Source: an uncultured virus (IMG/VR IMGVR_UViG_2061766007_001501) (taxonomy: Duplodnaviria > Heunggongvirae > Uroviricota > Caudoviricetes). Taken from it: a stretch of DNA of 64,000 nucleotides. The stretch's first letter is position 1. Each line of letters begins with the position of its first letter. Position numbers and translations under genes: made by a program. This document shows positions 55,912 to 64,000 of this stretch, one piece after another. The notes beneath the pieces were generated by a model. That model was not told where the DNA came from, searched no databases, and was given only the letters and a program-made list of their open reading frames with translations. The stretch lies in IMG/VR virus record IMGVR_UViG_2061766007_001501. One strand, 5' to 3'.

Positions 55912-56849
55912 TCGTCGCCACCGTCCTTCTGTTGCAGGAAGTCGAACAGGTCCGGCTGCCGTTCTTTCGTCGCTTCCTTCACGTTCGCCACCGCCTGCCG
56001 GTAATACGAATCCTTCAGTTCGATGCCGACCGCCCGCCGGTTCATCTTTACGGCCATGTACGCTTCCGATCCGATTCCCATGAACGGGGTCAGAACGATG
56101 TCGTTCTTGTTCGTCCACAATTCGATCCCGCGCCGGATGACCGTGAGATTAAGCGGGCAAATGTGCCGTTCATCTTTTTCTTCCCGTGCGCTCTTATATT
56201 GCAGCGTGTCAGAAAGTTCAATATCCGTCCAGATCGGACTGGCGTACTTCTGCCAGACCCGCACAGGGAATGTCTCATCCGTGTGCGTTATCGGTTCGTC
56301 ATTGTTCCCCGGCTTCCGCATCGTTACCAGATAATCAGCAAGTCCCTGCCTGCACATTGCGCTGTCTTTCTTAATCTGCTTATGCAAAAGACCAAGGGCT
56401 TTTGTTCTTTGCATTTGAACGACCGGATCTTTAAAAATGCAGACTTCGCTGTGATAGATGAACCCGGCGTCTTGGAATGCTTTAATCAATTCCCCACGGA
56501 AATCCTTTATGCCGATATACCCGTCCCGCTCCTTGCTCGTCGGCAGGTTCATGCAATGGAATGAAACCAACCGACCAGGCATAATCACCCGGTATAGCTG
56601 CTCAATAATGAACCGGAAATGCTCATCAAACTCCCCATCGCTCCGGCAGTTGCCAAGATCCCTGTCGCTGTTTGAATAACAATATAACTGGGCGAATGGC
56701 GGACTGAAGATCGAATAGTGAATGGAGTTGTCCGGAATCCCCTTCAACGCCTCGCAACTGTCTCCGCAGTACAGGGCATAATCTTTCCCGATCTCCTGAC
56801 TTTTTACATTGATATCTGTAATATTTACGCTGATTCCGTTACGATCCAT
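55908..56849 (-). CDS. N4/N6 DNA methyltransferase (beta class)
   Basis: IFSPPF, HICP, VLTPFMGIGSE. Confidence 0.9.
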   Translation of the reverse strand: MDRNGISVNITDINVKSQEIGKDYALYCGDSCEALKGIPDNSIHYSIFSPPFAQLYCYSNSDRDLGNCRSDGEFDEHFRFIIEQLYRVIMPGRLVSFHCMNLPTSKERDGYIGIKDFRGELIKAFQDAGFIYHSEVCIFKDPVVQMQRTKALGLLHKQIKKDSAMCRQGLADYLVTMRKPGNNDEPITHTDETFPVRVWQKYASPIWTDIELSDTLQYKSAREEKDERHICPLNLTVIRRGIELWTNKNDIVLTPFMGIGSEAYMAVKMNRRAVGIELKDSYYRQAVANVKEATKERQPDLFDFLQQKDGGDE

Positions 56850-58225
56850 GTCGGAACCTCCATTCTGTCAAACGCATAGTATTCGTCCACATCCCTCGTG
56901 GTCTGTCTCAGATCGCTTTTCAGAAACTCTTTCGTGAACGCGATCAGTTCATCTGTCATCCGTTCCGCGTCCCGCTGCTTCCTGGCGATGTTTTCCTTCA
57001 CGGCGCCTTCCGCGTCACTGATGATAATATACACATCCACCGGCTTATCCTGCCCGTACCGCCAGCACCGGCGCACGGCCTGGTAATATTGCTCAAAACT
57101 GTCCGACAAACCCACAAAGATTTCGATATGCGCGTTCTGCGCATTGATGCCAAAGCCCGCGATAGAAGGTTTGCTTACCATAACACGATATTTGCCGTTC
57201 AGAAAGCCTACAATGCCGTTCTCTTTCTCCTCAAGGCTCATACTGCCCTCGACCTCAACTGCCCCCCCTATGGCCTTTGTAAGCGCCTTGCTTTCGTTGT
57301 TCAGGTCGCACCAGACCAGCACCTGTTCCTCCGTGCCATTGGCGATCTCCGCCGCCCGCGCCACCCGGTCGTCCAGGCTGTTCCGTCTCGCACTCCGCCG
57401 TTCCAGCAGGGTTTTTCCGACTGGCGCAAACATCATCATCTGCCCGTCGATCAGTTCCGTCCCCTTGCTTTCCACGCTTTCCTCGTGCACCCGCAGTTCA
57501 GGCAGGTCGTATCCGTCCTGTTCGTATCCGATGTCCTGCGGCCGGTTGAAGCAACACGCCCATCCCGCGACCCACTCGAAAAACTTCTTTTCCGCGTGCC
57601 GTTTCAGCCGCCAGTTCTGCGTCTCTCCGCCGTCATGTACAAAGAACGTCGCCAGCATTTCCGTCTGCTTCATTACGCCGAGGAACTGCGCGTGTGTGCC
57701 GAGTTCCATGAAGTCGTTCGGAGCGGGCGTCGCGGTACAACACAGCTTGTACGGCGTTTCCTCAAACAGCTCCTGAATCATCTGCCTGAACTTGCCTTCC
57801 TTGTGCTTGATGATGCTGCTCTCGTCTAGTACGATCCCTACGAATTGCTTTGCGTCAAAGTGCTGAAGCATTTCGTAGTTTGTAATGTTCAGCCCATTCA
57901 CGCACTGTTCCTGATTTCTTACAACGTTGACTGTAATTCCGCAGGCTTCCCCTTCCCGTTTCGTCTGCTGCGTCACCGCCAGTGGCGCCAGGATCAGGAT
58001 CGGCTTTCCGGTATGCTCGTGGACCTTTTGTGCCCACTGAAGTTGCATTCTCGTCTTCCCACTGCCGCAGCTGGTAAAGATCGCGCATTTCCCTTTCCGC
58101 AACGCCCACCGCACCACGTCATTCTGCCAGTCGAACAGCGCAGGGTTCCGTTCCTCGCAGTCGAATCCGCACGCCTGGACGCTGACCTTCTTCTGCTTCA
58201 AAAACTCCTGATAGTCCATATCCAC
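56825..58225 (-). CDS. SNF2-like SF2 helicase coupled to the methyltransferase
   Basis: GSGKT, VLDESS, TATPAPN, QAVRRCWRYGQ. Confidence 0.9.
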   Translation of the reverse strand: MDMDYQEFLKQKKVSVQACGFDCEERNPALFDWQNDVVRWALRKGKCAIFTSCGSGKTRMQLQWAQKVHEHTGKPILILAPLAVTQQTKREGEACGITVNVVRNQEQCVNGLNITNYEMLQHFDAKQFVGIVLDESSIIKHKEGKFRQMIQELFEETPYKLCCTATPAPNDFMELGTHAQFLGVMKQTEMLATFFVHDGGETQNWRLKRHAEKKFFEWVAGWACCFNRPQDIGYEQDGYDLPELRVHEESVESKGTELIDGQMMMFAPVGKTLLERRSARRNSLDDRVARAAEIANGTEEQVLVWCDLNNESKALTKAIGGAVEVEGSMSLEEKENGIVGFLNGKYRVMVSKPSIAGFGINAQNAHIEIFVGLSDSFEQYYQAVRRCWRYGQDKPVDVYIIISDAEGAVKENIARKQRDAERMTDELIAFTKEFLKSDLRQTTRDVDEYYAFDRMEVPTWIVTESA

Positions 58226-58534
58226 ATATCCTTCATTAGTTGCTCACGTATTGTGTTTATCTGTCTCAAAAAAATTAATCGCAGCTGTTCCCGATTTCCA
58301 TGTACACCGCGTCCCCGTGCATCCACGTCCGGTACACGCCATATCCGCATTGCCAGCACGTTCCGGTGTTTCCGTTCCGCTGATCCAGCATGTCCAGCAC
58401 AGTTTCTTTCAGTTCGCCCTGCTCCATGCTGCCAAGCTCGTTCAGTTCATGATTAGTAAACCCGGAAATTTTCATGACCTTTACGCCGATTCCAATCCGG
58501 TCCGTTTCAATCTTCAGCCGTTCCATCTGTTTAT

Positions 58535-58987
58535 TCAGCTCCTATATATTCCGCTTTCACAAACCCTTTGTTTGTGACCGCCCATTCCGCCATNNNNNNN
58601 NNNNNNNNNNNNNNNNNNNNNNNNNNNNNNNNTCACCCTGCCGCGGCTTTTGATGTGCCTCGTCTCAAACACCGGCTCAGGCTTTTCCCATACAATATAG
58701 CCAAGGCTGATCCAGCCTTCCCCGGCTTCAACCGCAGCGTATACGTGCAGAAACCCATTCGTTTTTTTCCCTTCCGTTTCAAACACGTCCCCGCATTCCG
58801 CACGACCCGCTTCCTGGCTTCTTCCGCTTGGACGCTCCCGGATGTACACAAAACTGTCCGGCTGACATAGGACCCATACATTCTCCGTGATTGGGCCATA
58901 TTCTTCCGCAAATACCGCAAAGACAAGGACTGTGATCAGAAGAACCGCTATGAGTCCGGCCAGTACATGCCTGCCCGTCCGTTGCAT
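58535..58987 (-). CDS. Secreted or membrane-anchored SH3-like protein
   Basis: N-terminal TM; VYIRERPS...GWISLGYI. Confidence 0.55.
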   Translation of the reverse strand: MQRTGRHVLAGLIAVLLITVLVFAVFAEEYGPITENVWVLCQPDSFVYIRERPSGRSQEAGRAECGDVFETEGKKTNGFLHVYAAVEAGEGWISLGYIVWEKPEPVFETRHIKSRGRVXXXXXXXXXXXXXXGGMGGHKQRVCESGIYRS

Positions 58988-59643
58988 CTCTTGTCCTTCC
59001 TCCTTCTTTTTTCTTTCCGTTTCTGCGCCTGTTCGATCAGGATGTACTTTGCTGCGTTTTCCATGCGTTTCCGCTCGTTTCGTTCGTCCAGCTCTTTCCG
59101 GAACGCCTTGTATCGCTCACATTCGCTGTGACATCCCTCGTGCCGTTCCGCGCATCCTTTGCATCCTGGCTGTGGCATCATCCGTCCCCTTCTTCCATTT
59201 CATCGGCGAACGCTTTTTCAATCGTCCACTTCTGCGATTTCCCGCGAGATACAATGGACAGGAACGAAGCGTATGTCATTCCCATTGCTTCCGCGCAGTC
59301 CGGGCCGCTCGCGTCCAAGGCGATCAGCTGGTCCGTATCGTTATTCCATACCGTATACCGCACCATCTTCCTGTCGCTGTCCCGCCTGTGCCCCTTCCCG
59401 TGCCGACCCGTCTGCTCAGCCATGCGCGATCTCTCCGGTAATTGGATTGAACACCCTGATCTTTGACTGGTATTGCTTTGCCTTGTCCAACGCTTCCCGC
59501 CTGTCCTTGTATTGTTCCGCGTCGTATGCGCTGTTCACGGTCTTCATCGGGTCCCGCGTCAGGTACATACCGTTCCGAAACAGCACGTACCGCTTGCATT
59601 TATCCAGATTGATCATGTCGATCCTCCATTTTTATAAACAATC

Positions 59644-59834
59644 GGAACGATCAGGCGGTCAGGCTTATTGCGTCCGCGAAGACAGTCCTCCCCGGCTCAG
59701 GATGTACCAATCACCCTGTCCGGCCCTTCGTTTCCGAGCCTGGCGGTTGCTTTCAGACGGTGAAGAAAACAGATGGAAAGAAACCGTCCGGAAGGAGGAA
59801 CAACCCGGGTTTGCGGCACCCGCGCCATCGTTCC
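59644..59834 (-). ncRNA. Candidate multi-stem structured RNA
   Basis: Nested inverted repeats in an intergenic gap (see findings). Confidence 0.45.
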
Positions 59835-60753
59835 TGTCAGCCTCCGCAGTCTTTCCGGTGTTTCCGGTAGCCCATTTCTGATCCGTTCCATGCACGCTCT
59901 CCGTGCAGAAACCGTCCCGTTTCAGTCACGAACGTTTCCGGACCGCCTCCCGGACGAAACCGGATAATCTCCGGATCGCACGGGATAGTCTTGCCGTTGT
60001 CCGCACGGGTCATGAGGATCTGCCGCCCGCATCTGCGGCATGTCGTGAAATACTGGTTGTAGATGCTCATGTGGCATCACCGTCCTCTCTGTCTACATCC
60101 GGCGTCATCGTCTCGCCCCGCACCCACCGGATGAACCCGATCCGCATAATCCGCTGCCGGTTGCCGATCTTAACGTGCGGGAACAGGATCTTCCGCATAT
60201 TCACCGGCAGTTCGTCGTCCAGGTCGAGCTGGTCCCGCAGCTTCTGCGGGTCGCATCCGAGGATGTCCGACGCTTCGGACAGGCTAATGTGTTCCCGGTC
60301 GAGCTGTTCCATACATGCCAGCGTCATTCTTCTTCCTCCCTGACCGCACGCCACTGGCACGTCTCACAGGTCCCGTTCTCCGGATGCTGATCGTCCCCGC
60401 ACATCCGGCACAGTTCCCTTACGCATTCCCGCAGCTGCGCTTTTGTGTTCGCCAGTTCTTCTTCCCGCGCTTCCAACACAATTTTCAGCTGTTCTTTGGT
60501 TTGCCGGATTTCATCAATTGTTTGCCTGATATTTTCGATCAGCTCGTCCGATTCTGTTCTGTCGGGAGCCCGGTACTTGTATCCGACCGCCATCTCGCTT
60601 TCCTCTTTGGGCGTAAAAAACACGGGCGTAGGCTGCTGAATCTCTTTCGCTCCCTTCCGTCCGTTGAATAAAGCACTCATCTTCTTTGTTCCTTTCCGCG
60701 ATACCGCGTCTGTATTGTATGCTCTCGTTCTGTGTTTGCCGGTCGTAAAAAAA

Positions 60754-60969
60754 TTATCCCTGTCCCACCGTGCCCGGATAGAACACTTCCGGAACCGGCA
60801 CGCCGTAATACGCGCACAGCCGTTCTTTTACTTCATCTCTGGGAACCCGCTCGCCGCTTTCGTACATGGAAAGCGCGGAAGGCGTAATCCCGACTGCTCT
60901 CGCCACGCCCGTCTGCGTCCTGCATCCGCGCAGTTCCTTCAGCTTCTCTCCAGCCTGCTTCATGTCCAC
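60754..60969 (-). CDS. Cro-like XRE regulator
   Basis: TQTGVARAVGITPSALSMYESGERVP; divergent from the cI-like gene. Confidence 0.85.
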   Translation of the reverse strand: MDMKQAGEKLKELRGCRTQTGVARAVGITPSALSMYESGERVPRDEVKERLCAYYGVPVPEVFYPGTVGQG

Positions 60970-60999
60970 TTTTTCTCACCCCCTCTTGGCTTCGTGTGT

Positions 61000-61102
61000 A
61001 GACTATCACTTTCTGTGAGCAATTGCAAGCACTATGTGTTACGAAATCATTACAAAAAAGTTGCTTTTTCACAAATTGTGTGATATTATTCACAAGGGGT
61101 GA
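61000..61102. promoter_or_regulatory. Lysis/lysogeny switch: divergent promoters and three TCAC-N5-GTGA operators
   Basis: Operators at 61006-61018, 61069-61081 (1 mismatch), 61090-61102; TTGCTT-17-TATTAT (+) and TTGCAA-17-TAGTCT (-). Confidence 0.7.
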
Positions 61103-61464
61103 TGAAAATGACATTTGCAGAGAGGTTAAAACAACTACGAACAAGCCGTGGATATTCCCAAAGGAAGCTTTCTGAAGCGCTCCATATGGCGCAGAGCCGG
61201 ATCGGCAATTACGAAGCCGGACTTCGCGAGCCGGACTTTGAAACATTGGAAAAGATTGCGGACTTCTTCAACGTGCCGCTGTCAACACTCATCTCTTCCG
61301 AATACGGCGCGGACCGGGAACTCGTCAAGCGCGTCGCGGATTCCCTGCATAAGAATCCGAAGCTTGGCTTGCTCTTCGACCGTACCTGTTATATGGATGA
61401 AAAAGATCTGGACGCGGTGATCGCCGTGGTCAACGCTATCACAAGGGAGCGTGATCCGGAATGA
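61099..61464 (+). CDS. CI/ImmR-like repressor
   Basis: SQRKLSEALHMAQSRIGNYEAGLREPDFETLEKIADFFNV. Confidence 0.9.
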   Translation: MMKMTFAERLKQLRTSRGYSQRKLSEALHMAQSRIGNYEAGLREPDFETLEKIADFFNVPLSTLISSEYGADRELVKRVADSLHKNPKLGLLFDRTCYMDEKDLDAVIAVVNAITRERDPE

Positions 61465-61682
61465 CGGATCTGTTTGCCATTGAGCAGATTCCTGTCATTC
61501 TGCTGAATCTGCCAACGCACATTCGCGGGTTCTGCTGTCTCGGTTCGGATTTCGAGCCATGCATTATTCTGAACGCCCGTCTGCCACAGGAGCAGCGCGT
61601 CCGCGCCTATCTGCATGAACTGGAACATATCCGTAAAGGAGAACTCTATGACGCAGGATACATTGAGTACGCGGAAGCGTAA
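61461..61682 (+). CDS. Short ImmA/IrrE-like metallopeptidase
   Basis: IILNARL...YLHELEHI. Confidence 0.75.
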   Translation: MTDLFAIEQIPVILLNLPTHIRGFCCLGSDFEPCIILNARLPQEQRVRAYLHELEHIRKGELYDAGYIEYAEA

Positions 61683-62736
61683 AACCCGTTCGCGCCCGAA
61701 CGGAACCGGCACGGCCATCAAACGCGGAAAGACCTGGACCGCCATTGTCGTCGTGGACTGGAAAGCGTCCAAAGACCTCACCCATAAAATTCCTGTCTAC
61801 CGCACCAAGGGCGGCTTTCCCACGAAAAAGGACGCACTCAATTACTGCCCGATTCTCCTGCACGGCCCGGAGAAGAAAAAGCAAATCCGCCTGCACGAAC
61901 TCTACGATCTCTGGGAAGCGGCCTACGCCCCGCGTATCGTCCCGTCCACCATGGACTGCTATAAGTATGCTTATAAGCATTTTGCAAACCTGCATCACCG
62001 TTTTATCAGCAACATATCTGCCACTGATCTGCAAGCCTGTATGGACGCATGTCCGTCCGGGAAGCGAACGCATCAGAATATGAAGTGCGTAGCAGGTCTG
62101 CTCTGGGCGTATGCGATAGATTCAAATTATATCACTCAGGACGTGACGGAACATTTATATATAGGAAAGGGTCAGACCGTCCAACGCGATCCGCTCACCG
62201 AAAAGGAAGTGGAAGCAATTCGCCGCGCCATCGGGAAAATCCGTTACGCGGAATATGTTTACTGTCTCTGCTATCTCGGATTCCGTCCGACAGAGTTTCT
62301 TTCCTTAAAAAAAGAGCATTATAAAATCATCGACGGGATTGAGTGCCTGATCAACGGCAGCAAGACGGAAGCCGGAANNNNNNNNNNNNNNNNNNNNNNN
62401 NNNNNNNNNNNNNNNNNNNNTCCAGGAACGGATCTAATCTTCCCACAGTATGTTTTCAGCCGGAAAAAGGGCGAGCCGTTCAAATGCTTCAAGGAAATGC
62501 ACCACAGTTATTTCCGGGAAGATGTTTTCAAACCGATGATGCAGCAGCTGGGCATTGCGGAAGGGAAAGTCCCATACGCCACCCGTCACACATATTCAGA
62601 TAAACTCAAGCGCGCGGACGGCGACGATAAAACCAAAGCCGGCCTTATGGGTCATACAGACTACGCTTTCACAAAATCCCATTACCAGTCCACCGACATG
62701 GACGACCTCCTGGATGTGGCGACAAGCATAGAGTAA
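61648..62736 (+). CDS. int: Tyrosine integrase
   Basis: RPNGTG N-terminus, GFRPTE, SKT, YATRHT, MGH, terminal Tyr. Confidence 0.92.
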   Translation: MTQDTLSTRKRKTRSRPNGTGTAIKRGKTWTAIVVVDWKASKDLTHKIPVYRTKGGFPTKKDALNYCPILLHGPEKKKQIRLHELYDLWEAAYAPRIVPSTMDCYKYAYKHFANLHHRFISNISATDLQACMDACPSGKRTHQNMKCVAGLLWAYAIDSNYITQDVTEHLYIGKGQTVQRDPLTEKEVEAIRRAIGKIRYAEYVYCLCYLGFRPTEFLSLKKEHYKIIDGIECLINGSKTEAGXXXXXXXXXXXXXXXPGTDLIFPQYVFSRKKGEPFKCFKEMHHSYFREDVFKPMMQQLGIAEGKVPYATRHTYSDKLKRADGDDKTKAGLMGHTDYAFTKSHYQSTDMDDLLDVATSIE

Positions 62737-62764
62737 ATAAATACTATATCAACATAAAAGTTCA

Positions 62765-62793
62765 TTGTCTTTTTAGCGTTTTCGTGATATAAT
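62765..62793 (+). promoter_or_regulatory. SigmaA promoter upstream of tnpB
   Basis: TTGTCT-N17-TATAAT with extended TG. Confidence 0.65.
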
Positions 62794-62850
62794 AAATGTG
62801 CAGAAAGCAAGTAATTTCAATGACTTGCAGACTTTTATGCCGAGGTAAAT

Positions 62851-63971
62851 ATGTTGCGCCACAAAGGTTACAAATACAGGATTTATCCATCCAAGGAACA
62901 AGAACAAAAAATTAAATCATTCTTTGGATGCTGTAGATTTGTATATAATAATTCCCTGTTATTTAACAAAGAAACATATTCATCAGATCATCGTTATGTT
63001 TCTTCGTTTGAAAACATGAGACGAATCACAAAGCTCAAAACAGATCCGCAATNNNNNNNNNNNNNNNNNNNNNNNNNNNAGCAATAAAAGACCTCGACAG
63101 GGCATATCAGGCATTTTTAAAAAACGGAGTGGGGCTGCCACAATATCGAAGCAAGAGAAAACATGCGCAGTCATATAGAACAGTAAACAACTATAACGTT
63201 GTGCGTTTTGAATCGGGAAAAATTCGAATCCCGAAACTCGGATTGATAAAAATAAAAAAATCACGTGAAATACAAGGAAGAATTATAAATGCAACAATAT
63301 CATGTACTGCATCAGGGAAATATTTTGTTTCTCTTTGCGTAGAAGAAGAAACGGTTATAAAGCCGAACGGCGGTGGCGTCGTTGGCATAGATGTTGGAAT
63401 TAAAAATTTTTATACAGATAGCNNNNNNNNNNNNNNNCCAAAGGTATTTGAAAAAAATAAGAAACGACTTGCAAAAGAAAACAAACGACTTTCACGAAAG
63501 GAAAAAGATTCAAATAATTGGAACAAACAGCGCATAAAACTTGCAAAAGCATACGATAAGGTAGCAAATCAAAGGGCTGATTTTCTGCATAAAGAATCTT
63601 CCAAATTAGTTATCGAAAACCAAGTAATTGCTTTGGAAGATTTAAACGTTTGTGGAATGGCAAAGAACAGAAAACTTGCAAAAGCGATTTTTGATGCTTC
63701 ATGGGGTTCTTTTGTGAAATTACTTGAATATAAATCATTTGAGCACGGCACGAAAATTGTCCGAGTCCCAAGATTCTTTGCTTCCAGCCAGATTTGTTCA
63801 TCCTGTGGTGAAAAAAATTCATTGGTTAAAGATCTTTCTGTCAGGAAGTGGACCTGCCCGAATTGCGGGGCTGCCCATGACCGGGATCACANNNNNNNNN
63901 NNNNNNNNNNATTATGCGTTGATGACAACTTAGTTATAATAACAAGTACCGTAGGGCATACGGGAACTTAA
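62851..63971 (+). CDS. tnpB: TnpB RNA-guided endonuclease (IS200/IS605 family), spans N gaps
   Basis: GYKYRIYP, FGCCRFVYN, GIDVGIK, IALEDL, SSQICSSCG, CPNCG, HDRD. Confidence 0.92.
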
Positions 63972-64000
63972 CGCTTGTGGAGATCGTGTAAGTCGAATCT

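Larger units (their letters stand above)
1..62736. mobile_element. Temperate siphophage/prophage, left part (rest of tail, lysis) outside the window
   Basis: Ordered tail, head, packaging, replication, lysogeny and integrase modules; no host housekeeping synteny. Confidence 0.95.

Noticed and set aside
57262..57268. C7 run in the SNF2 helicase gene as phase variation
   Set aside because: Single, short, in-frame tract encoding Gly-Gly; not clustered
55908..58225. Helicase plus methyltransferase as a restriction or DISARM/BREX-like defence system
   Set aside because: No nuclease or accessory genes; this pair is common in temperate phage early regions
62737..62850. Attachment site core
   Set aside because: Expected here, but no tRNA end or second copy is visible in the window, so it cannot be called
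1..64000. tRNA or rRNA genes
   Set aside because: No cloverleaf or rRNA-like sequence recognised by eye; tRNAscan was not run

Overview
Almost the whole window is one temperate Firmicutes-type (probably Clostridia) siphophage or prophage. The assembly has many short N gaps that break reading frames. Modules from right to left: an IS200/IS605-type tnpB; tyrosine integrase, ImmA-like protease and cI/cro switch (60.7-62.7 kb); a long minus-strand early/middle region (RecE-like exonuclease, SSB, helicases, CHC2 primase, DUF927 helicase, beta clamp, radical SAM, DNA methyltransferases, many small genes); three glycosyltransferases and terS (26.4-29.7 kb); a counter-oriented 6.3-kb plus-strand island (amidoligase, Ntn glutamine amidotransferase, ArdC-like, FtsK-like) beside a serine recombinase; a small-gene array; then terL, portal, head and tail genes, ending inside the tape measure gene. 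Four signals stand out. (1) TTACA-N8-TGTAA occurs as 12 perfect and about 8 near-perfect copies, with fixed spacing, usually enclosing the Shine-Dalgarno of early genes and absent from the structural operon. (2) A C5 DNA methyltransferase is broken into separate catalytic pieces around about 20 TRD-like modules that carry G7-G9 tracts. (3) A glycosyltransferase sits between the head decoration and major capsid genes, and the decoration protein has a collagen-like Gly-X-Thr tail. (4) Recurrent gene-junction motifs and a multi-stem non-coding RNA candidate are present. All functional calls come from motif recognition by eye; no searches were run.
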